A DNA stretch of 64,000 nt from Mycobacterium sp. GTDB taxonomy: Bacteria; Actinomycetota; Actinomycetes; Mycobacteriales; Mycobacteriaceae. The DNA is taken from assembly GCA_044370595.1 (NCBI GenBank), contig JBILVF010000001.1; one strand, written 5' to 3'. Below, piece after piece: positions 17,533-27,949 of this stretch (within the stretch, counting starts at the first letter, position 1; the number at the start of each line of letters is the position of its first letter). A model generated the notes under the pieces. It saw only the letters and a list, made by a program, of their open reading frames with translations, ran no database searches and had not been told where the DNA came from. Both the position numbers and the translations under genes were made by a program.

Positions 17533-19182
17533 CTACTCGCTGCGCCTCATGGGCGATCCGCTGTCGCCATTCGCAGGCCCCGATGCGCGATCCGCTGCCG
17601 CCACTCGCTGAGCCAGCTTGTCCAACTCCTCACCCCACCCCGAATTATCGGTGCGGGCAAGGCCTCCCAACTCGACTTTCACCGTACCGGGTCCTACCTG
17701 ATGAATGCGCGCCCACACCCGCCGGCGGCGCACCACCAGCGACACCAGCAGACCACCCATCATGGTCATCGAGAACACCAGCACCCATACCTGGCCGGGG
17801 TCGTGGGAGACCTGCAGATTGACGAACTCGGTGGCACCGTCGAATCGCACCGTGGTGCCGTCACCGAGATCGACCTGCTGACCGGCGGTGAGGTTGACCC
17901 GCTTGAGCTTGTTCAGCCGCCCCTGCTCGACGAGCCGGGTGTCCAGACTGAACAGGGACTGAGGGCGGCCGCTGTCCAGGCCGGTGTCGCCGCGATAGAT
18001 GTCGACGGCGACCGCCGGATCCCGCATTTCGGGAAAGCTCGATGACAGCAGTTTGCCGTCCATCTGCTGGGTCGGGGCGAACAGCCCGGTGATGGCGATC
18101 TGGTTCTTGCGCCGCTCATCGGCGGCATACAGCCCGGCCGGCGGATCGATGCGCATCGTGCCCGACGAGAGCAGGCTCTGCAGATCATTGGGTAGGAATT
18201 GCACAGTCTGGGTGCGCTGCTGGCCATTGGGGAACGTGACGGTGAAAGTCGGGGCGTAACCGTGCCCCTGTAGGTAGACCCGGTCCCCGCCGACCCGCAA
18301 CGGGTGGTTGACCTGCAGCCGGTAGGACCGCCACGTGCCGGTGTTCAGATCGTTTCCGGCTTGATAGTCGATGTTGGAGGCGAAGGAGACGGCCTGCCCG
18401 GTCGGCAGGTAGCGGGCTTGGAAATCGTTGACCCGGATACACATCGGGTACAGCGAGGTGCCATCGACGTTGTTGCCGGCCCGGAAGGAGTCGAACGCCG
18501 CCGGGGATGCCGAACAGAATCCCGGACCGCCGTTGGCGAGCACGATCACGTTGCCCTCGTAGCCGAACAACTTGCCGACGGCGACGGCGGCGAGCAGACC
18601 GATCAGGGAGAAGTGGAAGACGATGTTGCCGAACTCTCGCAGGTAACCCTTCTCGGCGGAGATCTCGACGACGTCGTCGCCGGCGCGGGTGACGCGCCGC
18701 CAACCCCGCAATTGCGCGCCGATGCCGGTGGCGATCTCTGCAGGGTTCCCGCTGAGGGTCATGGTGGTGTGCCGGGGCAGTCGGCTCAGATTTCGGGGCG
18801 CCGGCACCGGTGTGGCGCGAAGGCCACGGAAGTGCTCGACGGTGCGCGGCGTCAGACATCCCACCAGCGAGATGAACAGCAGCGCGTAGATGGCCGTGAA
18901 CCAGAAACTGGAGAACACGTCGAACAGTTGCAGCCGATCGAACCATGGGCCGATCACCGGGTGCTGGTCGAGGTACTGCTGAACCTTGGACGCGTTGAGA
19001 CTGCGCTGGGGAAACAGCGCTCCGGGAACCGCGCCGAGCGCGAGCAGGAAGAGCAACACCAGGGCAGTGCCCATGGAGGTCAATGCCCGCCACGGTCGCA
19101 GCGCGAGCAGACGTAAACGTCCCGCCAGCGGCGGCCTATCGGGAACGCCTATGTCTGTCTGCTCCAGGGAATGAGAAGTCAA
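17533..19182 (-). CDS. resB: Cytochrome c biogenesis protein Ccs1/ResB
   Basis: LTSMGTALVLLFLL, EKGYLREFGNIVFH, VNHPL; TTG 19182 overlaps ccdA stop. Confidence 0.92.
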   Translation of the reverse strand: MTSHSLEQTDIGVPDRPPLAGRLRLLALRPWRALTSMGTALVLLFLLALGAVPGALFPQRSLNASKVQQYLDQHPVIGPWFDRLQLFDVFSSFWFTAIYALLFISLVGCLTPRTVEHFRGLRATPVPAPRNLSRLPRHTTMTLSGNPAEIATGIGAQLRGWRRVTRAGDDVVEISAEKGYLREFGNIVFHFSLIGLLAAVAVGKLFGYEGNVIVLANGGPGFCSASPAAFDSFRAGNNVDGTSLYPMCIRVNDFQARYLPTGQAVSFASNIDYQAGNDLNTGTWRSYRLQVNHPLRVGGDRVYLQGHGYAPTFTVTFPNGQQRTQTVQFLPNDLQSLLSSGTMRIDPPAGLYAADERRKNQIAITGLFAPTQQMDGKLLSSSFPEMRDPAVAVDIYRGDTGLDSGRPQSLFSLDTRLVEQGRLNKLKRVNLTAGQQVDLGDGTTVRFDGATEFVNLQVSHDPGQVWVLVFSMTMMGGLLVSLVVRRRRVWARIHQVGPGTVKVELGGLARTDNSGWGEELDKLAQRVAAADRASGPANGDSGSPMRRSE

Positions 19183-19988
19183 ATCGGCAGCCTCACATCG
19201 CTGACGAAGGCGTCGCGAACCCAGGAGGTGAAGTCGTTCCACAGCCCGGTCACCAGGGCGACGCCGACGGCGACCAGGAGCAGTCCGCCGAATACCTGGA
19301 TAGCGCGGCTATGCCGGCGCAGCCAGCCGAAGGCATTCAGCGCCCAACCGGATCCCAGCGCCAGGAGCACGAACGGGATTCCCAGGCCCAGGCAGTAGGC
19401 GATGACCAAAACCACCCCACGGGCCACGCTCGCGCCGTCGGTGGCCGACGCGACCGCGATCACCCCGGTCAACGTGGGCCCCAGACACGGGGTCCACCCC
19501 AAACCGAACACCGCCCCGAGCAGCGGCGCCCCCGCCAGACCGGCCCACCTCCGCGGAGTGAACCGGGCCTGGCGTTGCAGCGCGGGGATGAAGCCGATGA
19601 AGACCAGACCCATGATGATGGTCACGACACCGCCGATGCGCTGCAGCACAATCTGATTGGTGATCAGTGTCGTCGTCATGCCCAATACCGCCACGGTGCC
19701 GAGCACGAACACGGCGGTGAACCCGGCGACGAACAACAGCGCCGACCCCGCCACCCGCCAGCGGGTCCGGGTGCCGGAGCCGGACTCGGGCGCAGCACCG
19801 GCGGCACCGGGGGCACCGGGGGCACCGGGGGCACCGGGAGCACCGACGACCGCGGCTAGGTAGGACAGGTAGCCCGGCACCAGGGGCACCACACACGGGG
19901 ACGCGAAGGACACCAGGCCGGCCAGAACACACAGCCCCAGGGCCAGCGCGAGGGGGCCAGCGGCAGCGGTCTCCGCCAGACCGGTCAC
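19179..19988 (-). CDS. ccdA: Cytochrome c biogenesis disulfide transporter CcdA
   Basis: SFASPCVVPLVPGY and WTPCLGP cysteine motifs. Confidence 0.93.
   Translation of the reverse strand: MTGLAETAAAGPLALALGLCVLAGLVSFASPCVVPLVPGYLSYLAAVVGAPGAPGAPGAPGAAGAAPESGSGTRTRWRVAGSALLFVAGFTAVFVLGTVAVLGMTTTLITNQIVLQRIGGVVTIIMGLVFIGFIPALQRQARFTPRRWAGLAGAPLLGAVFGLGWTPCLGPTLTGVIAVASATDGASVARGVVLVIAYCLGLGIPFVLLALGSGWALNAFGWLRRHSRAIQVFGGLLLVAVGVALVTGLWNDFTSWVRDAFVSDVRLPI
19794..19845. repeat. 9-bp tandem repeat GGCACCGGG x4 plus degenerate flanks (GAP repeats in CcdA)
   Basis: Perfect units at 19803, 19812, 19821, 19830. Confidence 0.9.
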
Positions 19989-20590
19989 GAGGATTCCGGC
20001 GCTGGTTCGGCCGCCAACCGTCTCACAAGCGCAAGCAGATCATCGTCGAGCAACTCCCGAAGGAACACCGCGGCCACCCGGTGTTCCCGGTCGAGCACCA
20101 CAGTCGACGGGATCACCGTGGTCGGGTATTTGCCGCCGAAGGCGATCATGGTGCGCATCGCCGGGTCGTAGATCGACGGAAAGCTGACCTTGCGGTCGAT
20201 CACGAAGTCCCGCGGAGCTTGGATGTCGTTGTCGCGCACGTCGATACCCAGCACTGCCACACCATCGGCGCGGGTCGCGTCATAGAGCTTCTGCAGCTCG
20301 GAGATCTCCGCGCGGCACGGTCCGCACCACTGACCCCAAACATTGATGACCACGACCTGACCGGCAAAGTCCTCGAGCGAGATGGTCTTGCCGGTGTCCA
20401 TCAGGTCCGGACCGGACAACGGCCCGGGCCTGCCGCGGGCGGACGGCGGATCGTAGAAGATATCGGTCTTGCCGCCGGGAGCCACGAACTGGAAGGTGCC
20501 GCCTTGGGCGACCGCGTCGTCACCGGTGGCGCAGCCTGTCACGCCACCCGTCATCAGGACCGCTGCCAGGACTGCCACCAACAACTTCAC
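19985..20590 (-). CDS. TlpA/ResA thioredoxin-like lipoprotein (Rv0526-like)
   Basis: WGQWCGPCRAE; lipobox VTGC; GTG 20590 overlaps upstream stop. Confidence 0.9.
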   Translation of the reverse strand: MKLLVAVLAAVLMTGGVTGCATGDDAVAQGGTFQFVAPGGKTDIFYDPPSARGRPGPLSGPDLMDTGKTISLEDFAGQVVVINVWGQWCGPCRAEISELQKLYDATRADGVAVLGIDVRDNDIQAPRDFVIDRKVSFPSIYDPAMRTMIAFGGKYPTTVIPSTVVLDREHRVAAVFLRELLDDDLLALVRRLAAEPAPESS

Positions 20591-21228
20591 CGGCCGGCAA
20601 GCTCCGAGTATCCCCACCCGACATAGTCGTCTCCGTCGAAGTAGAACGACGTCACCGAGGCCAGATTGCACATCCGCTTGGTCGGGAAGTGATGCAGCGG
20701 TTCGTCGTTCATCGCCCTGCGCAAGGTCTCGACGGGTAGTTGGTGGCTGACCGCGACAGCTTCGTGGCCCGCGCCCTTGACTCGGGCCCGGTGCAGCGCA
20801 GAACTCATCCGGTCGGCGATCTCGTGGTAGGGCTCACCCCAGGACGGCGAGCGAGGGTTGCGCAGGTGCCACCAATTGCGTGGATCACGCAACGCGCCGT
20901 CGCCGGGTGAAACCCGCTGACCCTGAAAGACGTTGTGCGACTCGATCAGCGACTCGTCGACGTCAACCGTCAGGTCGTGGTGAGCGGCGATCGGAGCGGC
21001 CGTCTCCTGGGCGCGCTCCAACGGCGAGGCGACGACGTAGATGATGTCGCGCTTGGCCAGCCACGCGGCGACCGCCTCGGCCTGGGCGCGGCCGCGTTCG
21101 GAGAGGTGGTAGTCGGGAAGGCGGCCGTAGAGAATCTTCTCCGGGTTGTGCACCTCGCCGTGGCGCATCACATGAACGATGGTCCGGCCTCCGCTGGCCG
21201 GCCCGCCCGATTGGGTGAGTTCGCTCAT
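20587..21228 (-). CDS. Histidine phosphatase family protein (Rv0525-like)
   Basis: MRHGE motif, [15 protein letters not shown]. Confidence 0.9.
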   Translation of the reverse strand: MSELTQSGGPASGGRTIVHVMRHGEVHNPEKILYGRLPDYHLSERGRAQAEAVAAWLAKRDIIYVVASPLERAQETAAPIAAHHDLTVDVDESLIESHNVFQGQRVSPGDGALRDPRNWWHLRNPRSPSWGEPYHEIADRMSSALHRARVKGAGHEAVAVSHQLPVETLRRAMNDEPLHHFPTKRMCNLASVTSFYFDGDDYVGWGYSELAGR

Positions 21229-22559
21229 GACGGTCTCGCTTCCGCGGCGGCCCGGGATGCGACAGGAAGGGCGGCCGCGATCCGCTCGAAGGCGGTGTCG
21301 TCGAGTGCTGCTGAGACGAACCAGGTTTCGAAGGCGCTCGGCGGCGCGTAGACACCGGCGTCGAGCAGTGCGTGGAAGAACGGCGGAAACCGGAAGGTGT
21401 CACTGGCCCGCGCCGAGGCGAAATCGGTCACCGGGTCCTCGGTGAAGAACACCGAAAGGAAGTTACCGGCGCGCGCGACGCGATGGGCGACGCCGGCATT
21501 CGACAGTGCCTCGCCCAGCATTGCGGCCAACCTGTCGGCGTTGACATCCAGGGCGGCGTACACCGCGTCGTCGGCGTGCTGAAGGGTGGCCAAGCCCGCT
21601 GCTACCGCGACCGGGTTCCCCGAGAGGGTGCCGGCCTGGTATACCGGCCCGAGTGGGGCCAGTCGTTCCATCACCTCGGTTCGTCCGCCGAAGGCCGCCG
21701 CCGGCAGTCCGCCACTCATCACCTTGCCGAAGGTGAACAGGTCGGCGTCGACCGGGTCAATGCCGTACCAGCCCGATCTGCTGATCCGGAAACCGGTCAT
21801 GACCTCGTCGACGATCAGCAGGGCACCGTGCTCGGCGGTGATGCGGCGCAGGGCGGCGTTGTAGCCCGGCAGCGGGGCCACCGCTCCCATATTGCCCGCG
21901 GCGGCCTCGGTGATGACCGCGGCGATGGTGTTGCCGAAGGCCGCGAACGCCGCCTCGACGGCGTCGATGTCGTTGTAGGGCAGCACAATCGTGTCGGCGG
22001 CGGTGGCACCGGTGACCCCGGGCGAGGACGGCAGACCGAGGGTTGCCACCCCCGAGCCGGCGTCGGCGAGCAAGGCATCCACGTGGCCGTGGTAGCAGCC
22101 GGAGAACTTGACGACCTTGGACCGGCCGGTGAAACCGCGCGCCAGTCTTACCGCGCTCATAGTGGCCTCGGTGCCGGAATTGACCAGACGAACCCGATGC
22201 ACCGGCGCGACGCGGGCGATGATCTCGGCCGCGAGGTCGGTCTCACCCGGGGTGGGCGCCCCGAACGACAGTCCGTTGGCGGCCGCTCGGCCGACCGCCT
22301 CCACGACCGCCGGATGGGCGTGGCCCAGGATCATCGGGCCCCAGGAGCACACCAGGTCCACATACCGGTTGCCGTCGGCGTCGGTGAGCCAACACCCCGT
22401 CGCCGAGGTGATGTAACGGGGTGTGCCGCCGACGGCGCTGAACGCCCGGACCGGCGAGTTCACCCCGCCGGGGATCACCGCGCAGGCCTGTTCGAACAGC
22501 TTCGCCGAGGCGGTCACCGAGTGGTCGCACAGCACTCCGGAGCCCGACTGCTCACTCAT
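21225..22559 (-). CDS. hemL: Glutamate-1-semialdehyde 2,1-aminomutase
   Basis: [36 protein letters not shown]; ATG 22559 chosen. Confidence 0.96.
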   Translation of the reverse strand: MSEQSGSGVLCDHSVTASAKLFEQACAVIPGGVNSPVRAFSAVGGTPRYITSATGCWLTDADGNRYVDLVCSWGPMILGHAHPAVVEAVGRAAANGLSFGAPTPGETDLAAEIIARVAPVHRVRLVNSGTEATMSAVRLARGFTGRSKVVKFSGCYHGHVDALLADAGSGVATLGLPSSPGVTGATAADTIVLPYNDIDAVEAAFAAFGNTIAAVITEAAAGNMGAVAPLPGYNAALRRITAEHGALLIVDEVMTGFRISRSGWYGIDPVDADLFTFGKVMSGGLPAAAFGGRTEVMERLAPLGPVYQAGTLSGNPVAVAAGLATLQHADDAVYAALDVNADRLAAMLGEALSNAGVAHRVARAGNFLSVFFTEDPVTDFASARASDTFRFPPFFHALLDAGVYAPPSAFETWFVSAALDDTAFERIAAALPVASRAAAEARPS

Positions 22560-22591
22560 GAGGACCAGTGTCCCAGCCGCGGGTGAACGAA

Positions 22592-22610
22592 CAACTACAG
22601 GGTGTAGTTG
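22592..22610. promoter_or_regulatory. Perfect inverted repeat CAACTACA-GGG-TGTAGTTG
   Basis: 8-bp arms with 3-nt spacer in the divergent hemL/feoA region. Confidence 0.55.
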
Positions 22611-22636
22611 GGGCCTTTTGACCCTGTCCCGCATTG

Positions 22637-22655
22637 CGAGGTAACGCTACCCTAA
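22637..22655 (+). promoter_or_regulatory. IdeR/DtxR iron box
   Basis: CGAGGTAACGCTACCCTAA vs consensus TWAGGTWAGSCTWACCTWA; overlaps -10 TACCCT (22648-22653), 6 nt before feoA ATG. Confidence 0.8.
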
Positions 22656-22659
22656 CTTT

Positions 22660-22953
22660 ATGTCCCCGGTTTCTGAGATGATGCGGAAACGCACGCTGGC
22701 CGGTGCGGATTCACACACCTCACCAACGCTCGCCGACCTTCGACGCGGCGAGCGCGCAGCCGTGGTCGGGTACGGCGACACTGAACCGGCCGTGGCCCGT
22801 CGACTCTTCGACCTCGGACTGGTACCCGGGGTGCAGATCACCATGGTGCGCCGTGCGCCCCTCGGTGACCCGGTGATCTACCGGGTCGGCGACTACGAGA
22901 TCGCGCTGCGGGGCAGTCAGACCCGCTGCATCGCCGTCGTACCGGTTCGGTGA
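22660..22953 (+). CDS. feoA: Ferrous iron transport protein A
   Basis: RRLFDLGLVPG...RRAPLGDPVIYRV..YEIALR SH3-like signature. Confidence 0.92.
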   Translation: MSPVSEMMRKRTLAGADSHTSPTLADLRRGERAAVVGYGDTEPAVARRLFDLGLVPGVQITMVRRAPLGDPVIYRVGDYEIALRGSQTRCIAVVPVR

Positions 22954-24935
22954 GCCTGGAATCTGTGAGCGGCGCACACTGCGGAACCGGTGGCGCCTCG
23001 GCGACCGCTACCCCGGGCCTGACCCGGTTCGCTCTGGTCGGCAGCCCCAACTCGGGCAAGACCACGCTGTTCAACGCGCTGACCGGGTTGCACGCCAAGA
23101 CCGGTAACTATCCGGGTGTCACCGTCGCCAAGTATGAGGGCAAGGCGCGCCTCGATGACACCCACACGGTGGTGATCGAGGATCTGCCCGGTACCTACAG
23201 CCTGGATCCGATCAGCCCGGATGAAGCCATCGTGGTGGAGGTGCTCGACACCGGGCACCAGCACCTCGACGCCCCCGACGCCATGCTGGTGCTACTCAAT
23301 GCCACCACGCTACGGCGTGCGCTCGGCCTGCTGGCCCAGGTACAGCAAACCGGCCTGCCGACGTGTGTCGTGCTCACCTTCACCGATGACCTCACTCGTC
23401 GTAACGGCCGAATCGACGCACCGGCACTGAGCAGGGCCCTGGGCGTACCGGTGGTCGCGGTGGCCGGCGGCAGGCGGGAAGCCGTCGCCGAGCTGCGCCG
23501 CGTGATGGCCGCCCACCTGTCCTGGATGCAGCCGGTCGTGCCGCCACCCACCGACCCCGCCGAGGTGCCGGGGTGGACCGAATCAGTCCTGGAGTCCTCC
23601 GGCTACCGGTTGCCCGACGTCGATCCGCGCACCCAGCGCATCGACGCGGTGCTGCTGCACCCGGTGATCGGCACGCTGGTCTTTCTGCTGACGATGTTCG
23701 TCTTCTTCCAGACGATCTTCACCGTAGCGGCGCCACTGCAGGGCTACGTCGAGGGGTTCTTCGGCTGGCTCGGCGACCTGGTGGGTTCCCATCTACGGGC
23801 GGGGTGGCTGTCGGCGTTCCTGTCCCAGGCAGTTATCGGGGGGATCGGTGGGGTGCTGGTGTTTTTACCCCAGATTGTTCTGCTGTTCGTCCTCATCGCC
23901 GTACTGGAGGGGACCGGCTATCTGGCCAGGGCGGCGTTCCTGATGGATCGGGTGATGGCGCGCGCCGGCCTGGAGGGCCGCGCCTTCGTCGCCCTGCTGT
24001 CGTCATTCGCCTGCGCGATCCCCGGGATCATGGCCACCCGATCGCTGCCGTCGGCGCGTGACCGACTGGCCACCATGATGGGCGCACCGCTGATGACCTG
24101 CTCGGCGCGCCTTCCGGTGTACATCCTGCTGGTAAGTCTGCTCTTCACTGCCGATGCCAAGGTCGGGGGGTTCAACGCCCGCGGGGTGGTGATGTTCGCG
24201 CTGTACTTTTTCGGCGCGATCTCGGCGATGCTGGTGGCGGCCGTGTTCAAGAAGCTGTCATCACGCAGTGGCTCGCTGCTGCCGTTCTACATGGAGATGC
24301 CGCCGTATCAGATTCCGCGGCTGAAAAGCGTTGCCGCCGAGGTGTGGACGGCGGCGGCGGCGTTCCTGCGCAAGGTCACCACGATCATCCTGGCGACCAC
24401 GATGGTGTTGTGGGCGTTGCTGAATCTGCCAATGCGCGATGCGACCGCCATCGCCGCGGCGGGGGTGGACACCACCGACGCGGCCGCCGTCGAAGCCTAC
24501 GTCGTGAACAATTCCTACGCGGCGGCGATCGGCCGGGCGGTCGAGCCGGTGTTCGCACCGCTCGGCTTCGATTGGCGCATCAACATCGGCATCGTGTCCT
24601 CGCTGGCCGCCCGCGAGGTGTTCGTGGCCACCCTGGGTCAGGTCGCCGCGGCCGAGAATCCCGAGGAACCGGCCCAGGCGCTGCGCCAGATGCGGGTGCA
24701 GCAGGAGCCCGGGTCCGATCCGGGGGCCACGCGGGCGTTGTTCGACGCCCCGACCATCGCCGCCCTGCTGGTGTTCTTCATGTATGCGCTGCAATGTGTG
24801 TCCACCGTCGGCGTGATGCGGCGGGAGAGCGGATCGTGGAAATGGCCGGCGCTGGCGTTCGGCTACATGTTCGTCCTGGCGTGGGTGATGGCACTGGCGG
24901 CCCGCACTGTCGTGGCAGCGCTCCAGTCGACATGA
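22950..24935 (+). CDS. feoB: Ferrous iron transporter B
   Basis: G1 GSPNSGKT, G2 NYPGVTV, G3 DLPGTYSL; SFACAIPGIMATR, PLMTCSARLPVY, QCVST; GTGA coupling to feoA. Confidence 0.96.
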   Translation: MSLESVSGAHCGTGGASATATPGLTRFALVGSPNSGKTTLFNALTGLHAKTGNYPGVTVAKYEGKARLDDTHTVVIEDLPGTYSLDPISPDEAIVVEVLDTGHQHLDAPDAMLVLLNATTLRRALGLLAQVQQTGLPTCVVLTFTDDLTRRNGRIDAPALSRALGVPVVAVAGGRREAVAELRRVMAAHLSWMQPVVPPPTDPAEVPGWTESVLESSGYRLPDVDPRTQRIDAVLLHPVIGTLVFLLTMFVFFQTIFTVAAPLQGYVEGFFGWLGDLVGSHLRAGWLSAFLSQAVIGGIGGVLVFLPQIVLLFVLIAVLEGTGYLARAAFLMDRVMARAGLEGRAFVALLSSFACAIPGIMATRSLPSARDRLATMMGAPLMTCSARLPVYILLVSLLFTADAKVGGFNARGVVMFALYFFGAISAMLVAAVFKKLSSRSGSLLPFYMEMPPYQIPRLKSVAAEVWTAAAAFLRKVTTIILATTMVLWALLNLPMRDATAIAAAGVDTTDAAAVEAYVVNNSYAAAIGRAVEPVFAPLGFDWRINIGIVSSLAAREVFVATLGQVAAAENPEEPAQALRQMRVQQEPGSDPGATRALFDAPTIAALLVFFMYALQCVSTVGVMRRESGSWKWPALAFGYMFVLAWVMALAARTVVAALQST

Positions 24936-25471
24936 TCGGCATCCACGCCGAGCGGGTCGGCGGTGACGACCGCGCGGTGCGCTGGGTGACGACCGGGGCG
25001 GTGTTGCCCGTCGGCCGAGTAACCCGGGCGCCTGGCCGACTGGGTGAAATGCTCTACCACGGAACCTTTTCCGGTGCCCTCACCGAACGCTCGGCGGTCT
25101 GGCTGTGGCTGGGCGAAGGCCTGTCGTGGTCGACGTGCGGCAGCGAGGTGCGGACCGCACTGCGCGATGCGTTGGAGGATCCGACCGGCTGGGTGGTTGC
25201 GCCCGCCCCCGGGGAGGTGCTCGACCTCGTCACCGCTGATCTGTTGGCCGGCTCGATCGGGGACTTCATCGGCTCGCACGGCGGCACGGTGCAGTCGCAG
25301 CGATACGGCGACGAGGTGGCGGTGCGTCTGGGCGGCGCCTGCGAGCACTGCCCAGCCGCCGAGTACACGCTGCGACTTCGCCTGCTGGAGGCGTTACGCG
25401 GCCGCTGCCCGGATCTGGTCGAGACCGGGAGCGGCCAGGGGCAGTTGCGGTTGCGGATCGGCGGTCGGTAA
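24932..25471 (+). CDS. Protein with C-terminal NifU/Nfu-like domain (CxxC)
   Basis: ATGA overlap with feoB stop; HGGTV...VAVRLGGACEHCPAAEYTL Nfu motif. Confidence 0.8.
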   Translation: MIGIHAERVGGDDRAVRWVTTGAVLPVGRVTRAPGRLGEMLYHGTFSGALTERSAVWLWLGEGLSWSTCGSEVRTALRDALEDPTGWVVAPAPGEVLDLVTADLLAGSIGDFIGSHGGTVQSQRYGDEVAVRLGGACEHCPAAEYTLRLRLLEALRGRCPDLVETGSGQGQLRLRIGGR

Positions 25472-25473
25472 AG

Positions 25474-26401
25474 CTAGCGCCTTGACCGCCGGCTCGTGCG
25501 GTCGTCCTCGCGCGGCCGAAGCCGCAACCCGTCCGCCATCCAGCCGATGCCGCCATCAGCGTTGCGCACGAACGGGATCCGCACTCCGCCGGCCACCGCG
25601 AGGTCCGGTGCGATGAAACTCACCGGCATCGGGTCGGCGGGCGGCGAGGAGAAGGCCGGCCGCCACGCACCCGGTTCAGGGGTCAGCTCGGAAACCTTCT
25701 CCAGCCGCTGCCCCGCGATCCGGAACGTAGAGACCTGGCCTGGGTCGATGTAGCGGCCCGCATAGGCCTGCAACTGTTCGGCGGCCACCTCGATGGTGTC
25801 CAGATCCGCAGGAGCCAGCAGCGCCCGCATCAATCCGACCCGCCCCGCCATCGCAGCCATTGCGGGATAGCCGGCCAGCGCGGTATCCAGGGCGGCCAAT
25901 GCCGCGGCGGCTCCGGGCTGACCGTTGAGCAGCAGGACGAAGGCAAACCGGCGTTCGGGCACCGCGAGCAGGACGGCGTGCTGGCCGGAGGTGTCGCCGT
26001 TGTGCGAGATGACCCGCAGGCCGTCCACCTCTTGGACGAACCAGCTGCGCCCCATGTGCAGACCGAGCCCCGGAACCGCAACGGCCGGCCGCTGCATCGC
26101 CTGGCGGCTGGCCGCGCTCAACAACGCGTCCTCTCCGGCAGGATCACCCAGATGCATTCTGGCGTAACGCAATACATCCCGCGTGGTCGACCAGATGCCG
26201 CCGGCGGGGTCCACACAGCGCGGCAACCACACCGGCGTCTGCACCAGCACGGCGTCCTGGCCGTTGACCGGCATCGCCGTATGTCCATCGGCGTATTGCC
26301 GATTGAGCACAGCCGAGCGCGCGAGCGTCGTGTCCTGCACGCCAAGGGGGTTGATGGAACTGCCGCGACGCGTCCTCTGCGAGGTTAGTGACGATGTCCA
26401 T
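25474..26401 (-). pseudogene. Beta-lactamase-family serine hydrolase remnant
   Basis: Retains INPLGVQDT, PAGGIWST, HNGDTSGQ; no SxxK or YxN upstream; ATG 26401 (TGATG coupled to TetR) is out of frame with the body. Confidence 0.7.
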
Positions 26402-27024
26402 CAGACCGGCACCGTCCGCAACGCCGCCGGCAGGCTGGGCAGGAAATGATTCGTGGCGAAAGACCGGACTTCGTCAACGGTTTGGACTGGCTCGGCGCTG
26501 GGCAAGAGCAGCAGCAGCATGGCGTAGCGCCAGGTGTTGTCGGCGAGTTCGTGAACCGTCCGAGAGCCGATCCGATCCGCGAAGCCCGGCGGAAAGATCA
26601 CGTGCAACGCCATCTCGATACGACCGACGGCGGCGTGATAATGGCGACGGGCCAACTCCAGGCTCAGCGCGGGTTCCTCGGCGATCATCCGGTTCAGCAC
26701 CCGATGCCGACGGGTCCGCAGAATCGCGGCGGTGAACGCCTCGACATAGATATTGGACTGCGGACGCGCGCCTTTGAGTTCTTCGGCGATGTCAGCGAAC
26801 AACCGGGCGTTCTCTCTTTCCATCACGGCGGCGACGAGGTCGTCCCGGTTGGCGAAGCGCCGGTAGATGGTGGTGCGACTGACCCCTGCTCGGCGTGCGA
26901 CGTCGTCGAGGGCCACTTTGCGGATGCCGTGCCGATCGAACTCGTCGAGAGCCGCGTCGAGGATCGCTTCGGTCGCGGCGCCGTCAGGCATACCGGGCGA
27001 AACCTTCTCTGGCGTAGGGGACAT
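26401..27024 (-). CDS. TetR/AcrR family regulator
   Basis: [13 protein letters not shown]...[21 protein letters not shown]. Confidence 0.92.
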   Translation of the reverse strand: MSPTPEKVSPGMPDGAATEAILDAALDEFDRHGIRKVALDDVARRAGVSRTTIYRRFANRDDLVAAVMERENARLFADIAEELKGARPQSNIYVEAFTAAILRTRRHRVLNRMIAEEPALSLELARRHYHAAVGRIEMALHVIFPPGFADRIGSRTVHELADNTWRYAMLLLLLPSAEPVQTVDEVRSFATNHFLPSLPAALRTVPV

Positions 27025-27871
27025 AGCGCAACTTCATCGGCACCCGCTGCCATGCCCAGTTCACCGCCCGGGACCGGCAGAACGCGGCGAAACGCTGATA
27101 GCGGCGCTCCTTCTGGTCGTCCCAGGGAAGGCCGAGAATCTCACGGGTGCGCGGCGGCATACCACCGGTGGTGAGGAAGGCCGCCAGCGGATTGAACACC
27201 GGGGCAACGATTTTCCACACCGTCGGCGAGACCCCTTTGGGTTTGGGGAATCCTTTGGTGACGTAGCCGATGCCGTACCTGGCGGTGCGGTGCGCCACCA
27301 GCACGTCGTTGATCATGTGGTCCCAGTACTTCTCGAAGGCGGCGTAGTCGGCGGGCATCGGACGGTCACTGACGCCGTAGCGGCGGTACCACGTCTTGGA
27401 CTCGAGGTACATCTGTTCCTTCTCGGCACGCGAGAGCGTCTTGACGAAGGTGTCGGTGAAGTAGAGGGCCTGGTCGAAGAAGGTGGCGTGCGCCCAGAAG
27501 TAGGTGTCCGGATCCAGGGCGTGATACCGGCCTCCCCCGAACTCCGCCGGCATCTCGCCCTTGATGTTGGTGTGGAACTCACGGACCATCGGCCCGGCGT
27601 TGTCCTCGTCGCTGCCGTAGACGGTGCGGTAGATCGGCGGCAGCGATCGCTTGATCCGGGCGGCGGTGTCGGCGAAGAACACCGAGTGGTCGACAACGCC
27701 CTGACCGAGTTCGGCCAACATGTTCTGCAGCACGGCGGGTCGGGGGCCGATCAGCGCGATGCGGCGGTCACCGAAGTACTTCCACACCAGCGAGTCCGGC
27801 CCCAGCGGACGCGAGTCATCGGCGGCCTCGGCGGCCTGCGTGGTCTCCGGGTTCTGCACGAGCTCGGTCAC
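26984..27871 (-). CDS. DUF2236/MpaB-like oxygenase family protein
   Basis: [29 protein letters not shown]; start GTG 27871 (or TTG 27907). Confidence 0.85.
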   Translation of the reverse strand: MTELVQNPETTQAAEAADDSRPLGPDSLVWKYFGDRRIALIGPRPAVLQNMLAELGQGVVDHSVFFADTAARIKRSLPPIYRTVYGSDEDNAGPMVREFHTNIKGEMPAEFGGGRYHALDPDTYFWAHATFFDQALYFTDTFVKTLSRAEKEQMYLESKTWYRRYGVSDRPMPADYAAFEKYWDHMINDVLVAHRTARYGIGYVTKGFPKPKGVSPTVWKIVAPVFNPLAAFLTTGGMPPRTREILGLPWDDQKERRYQRFAAFCRSRAVNWAWQRVPMKLRYVPYAREGFARYA

Positions 27872-27949
27872 AGGAGACAGTGTTACAGATTTCGTCTTTT
27901 GTACCAACCGCGGCGGACGCGACCACCGCGGCCGAGGCCACAGGACTTC

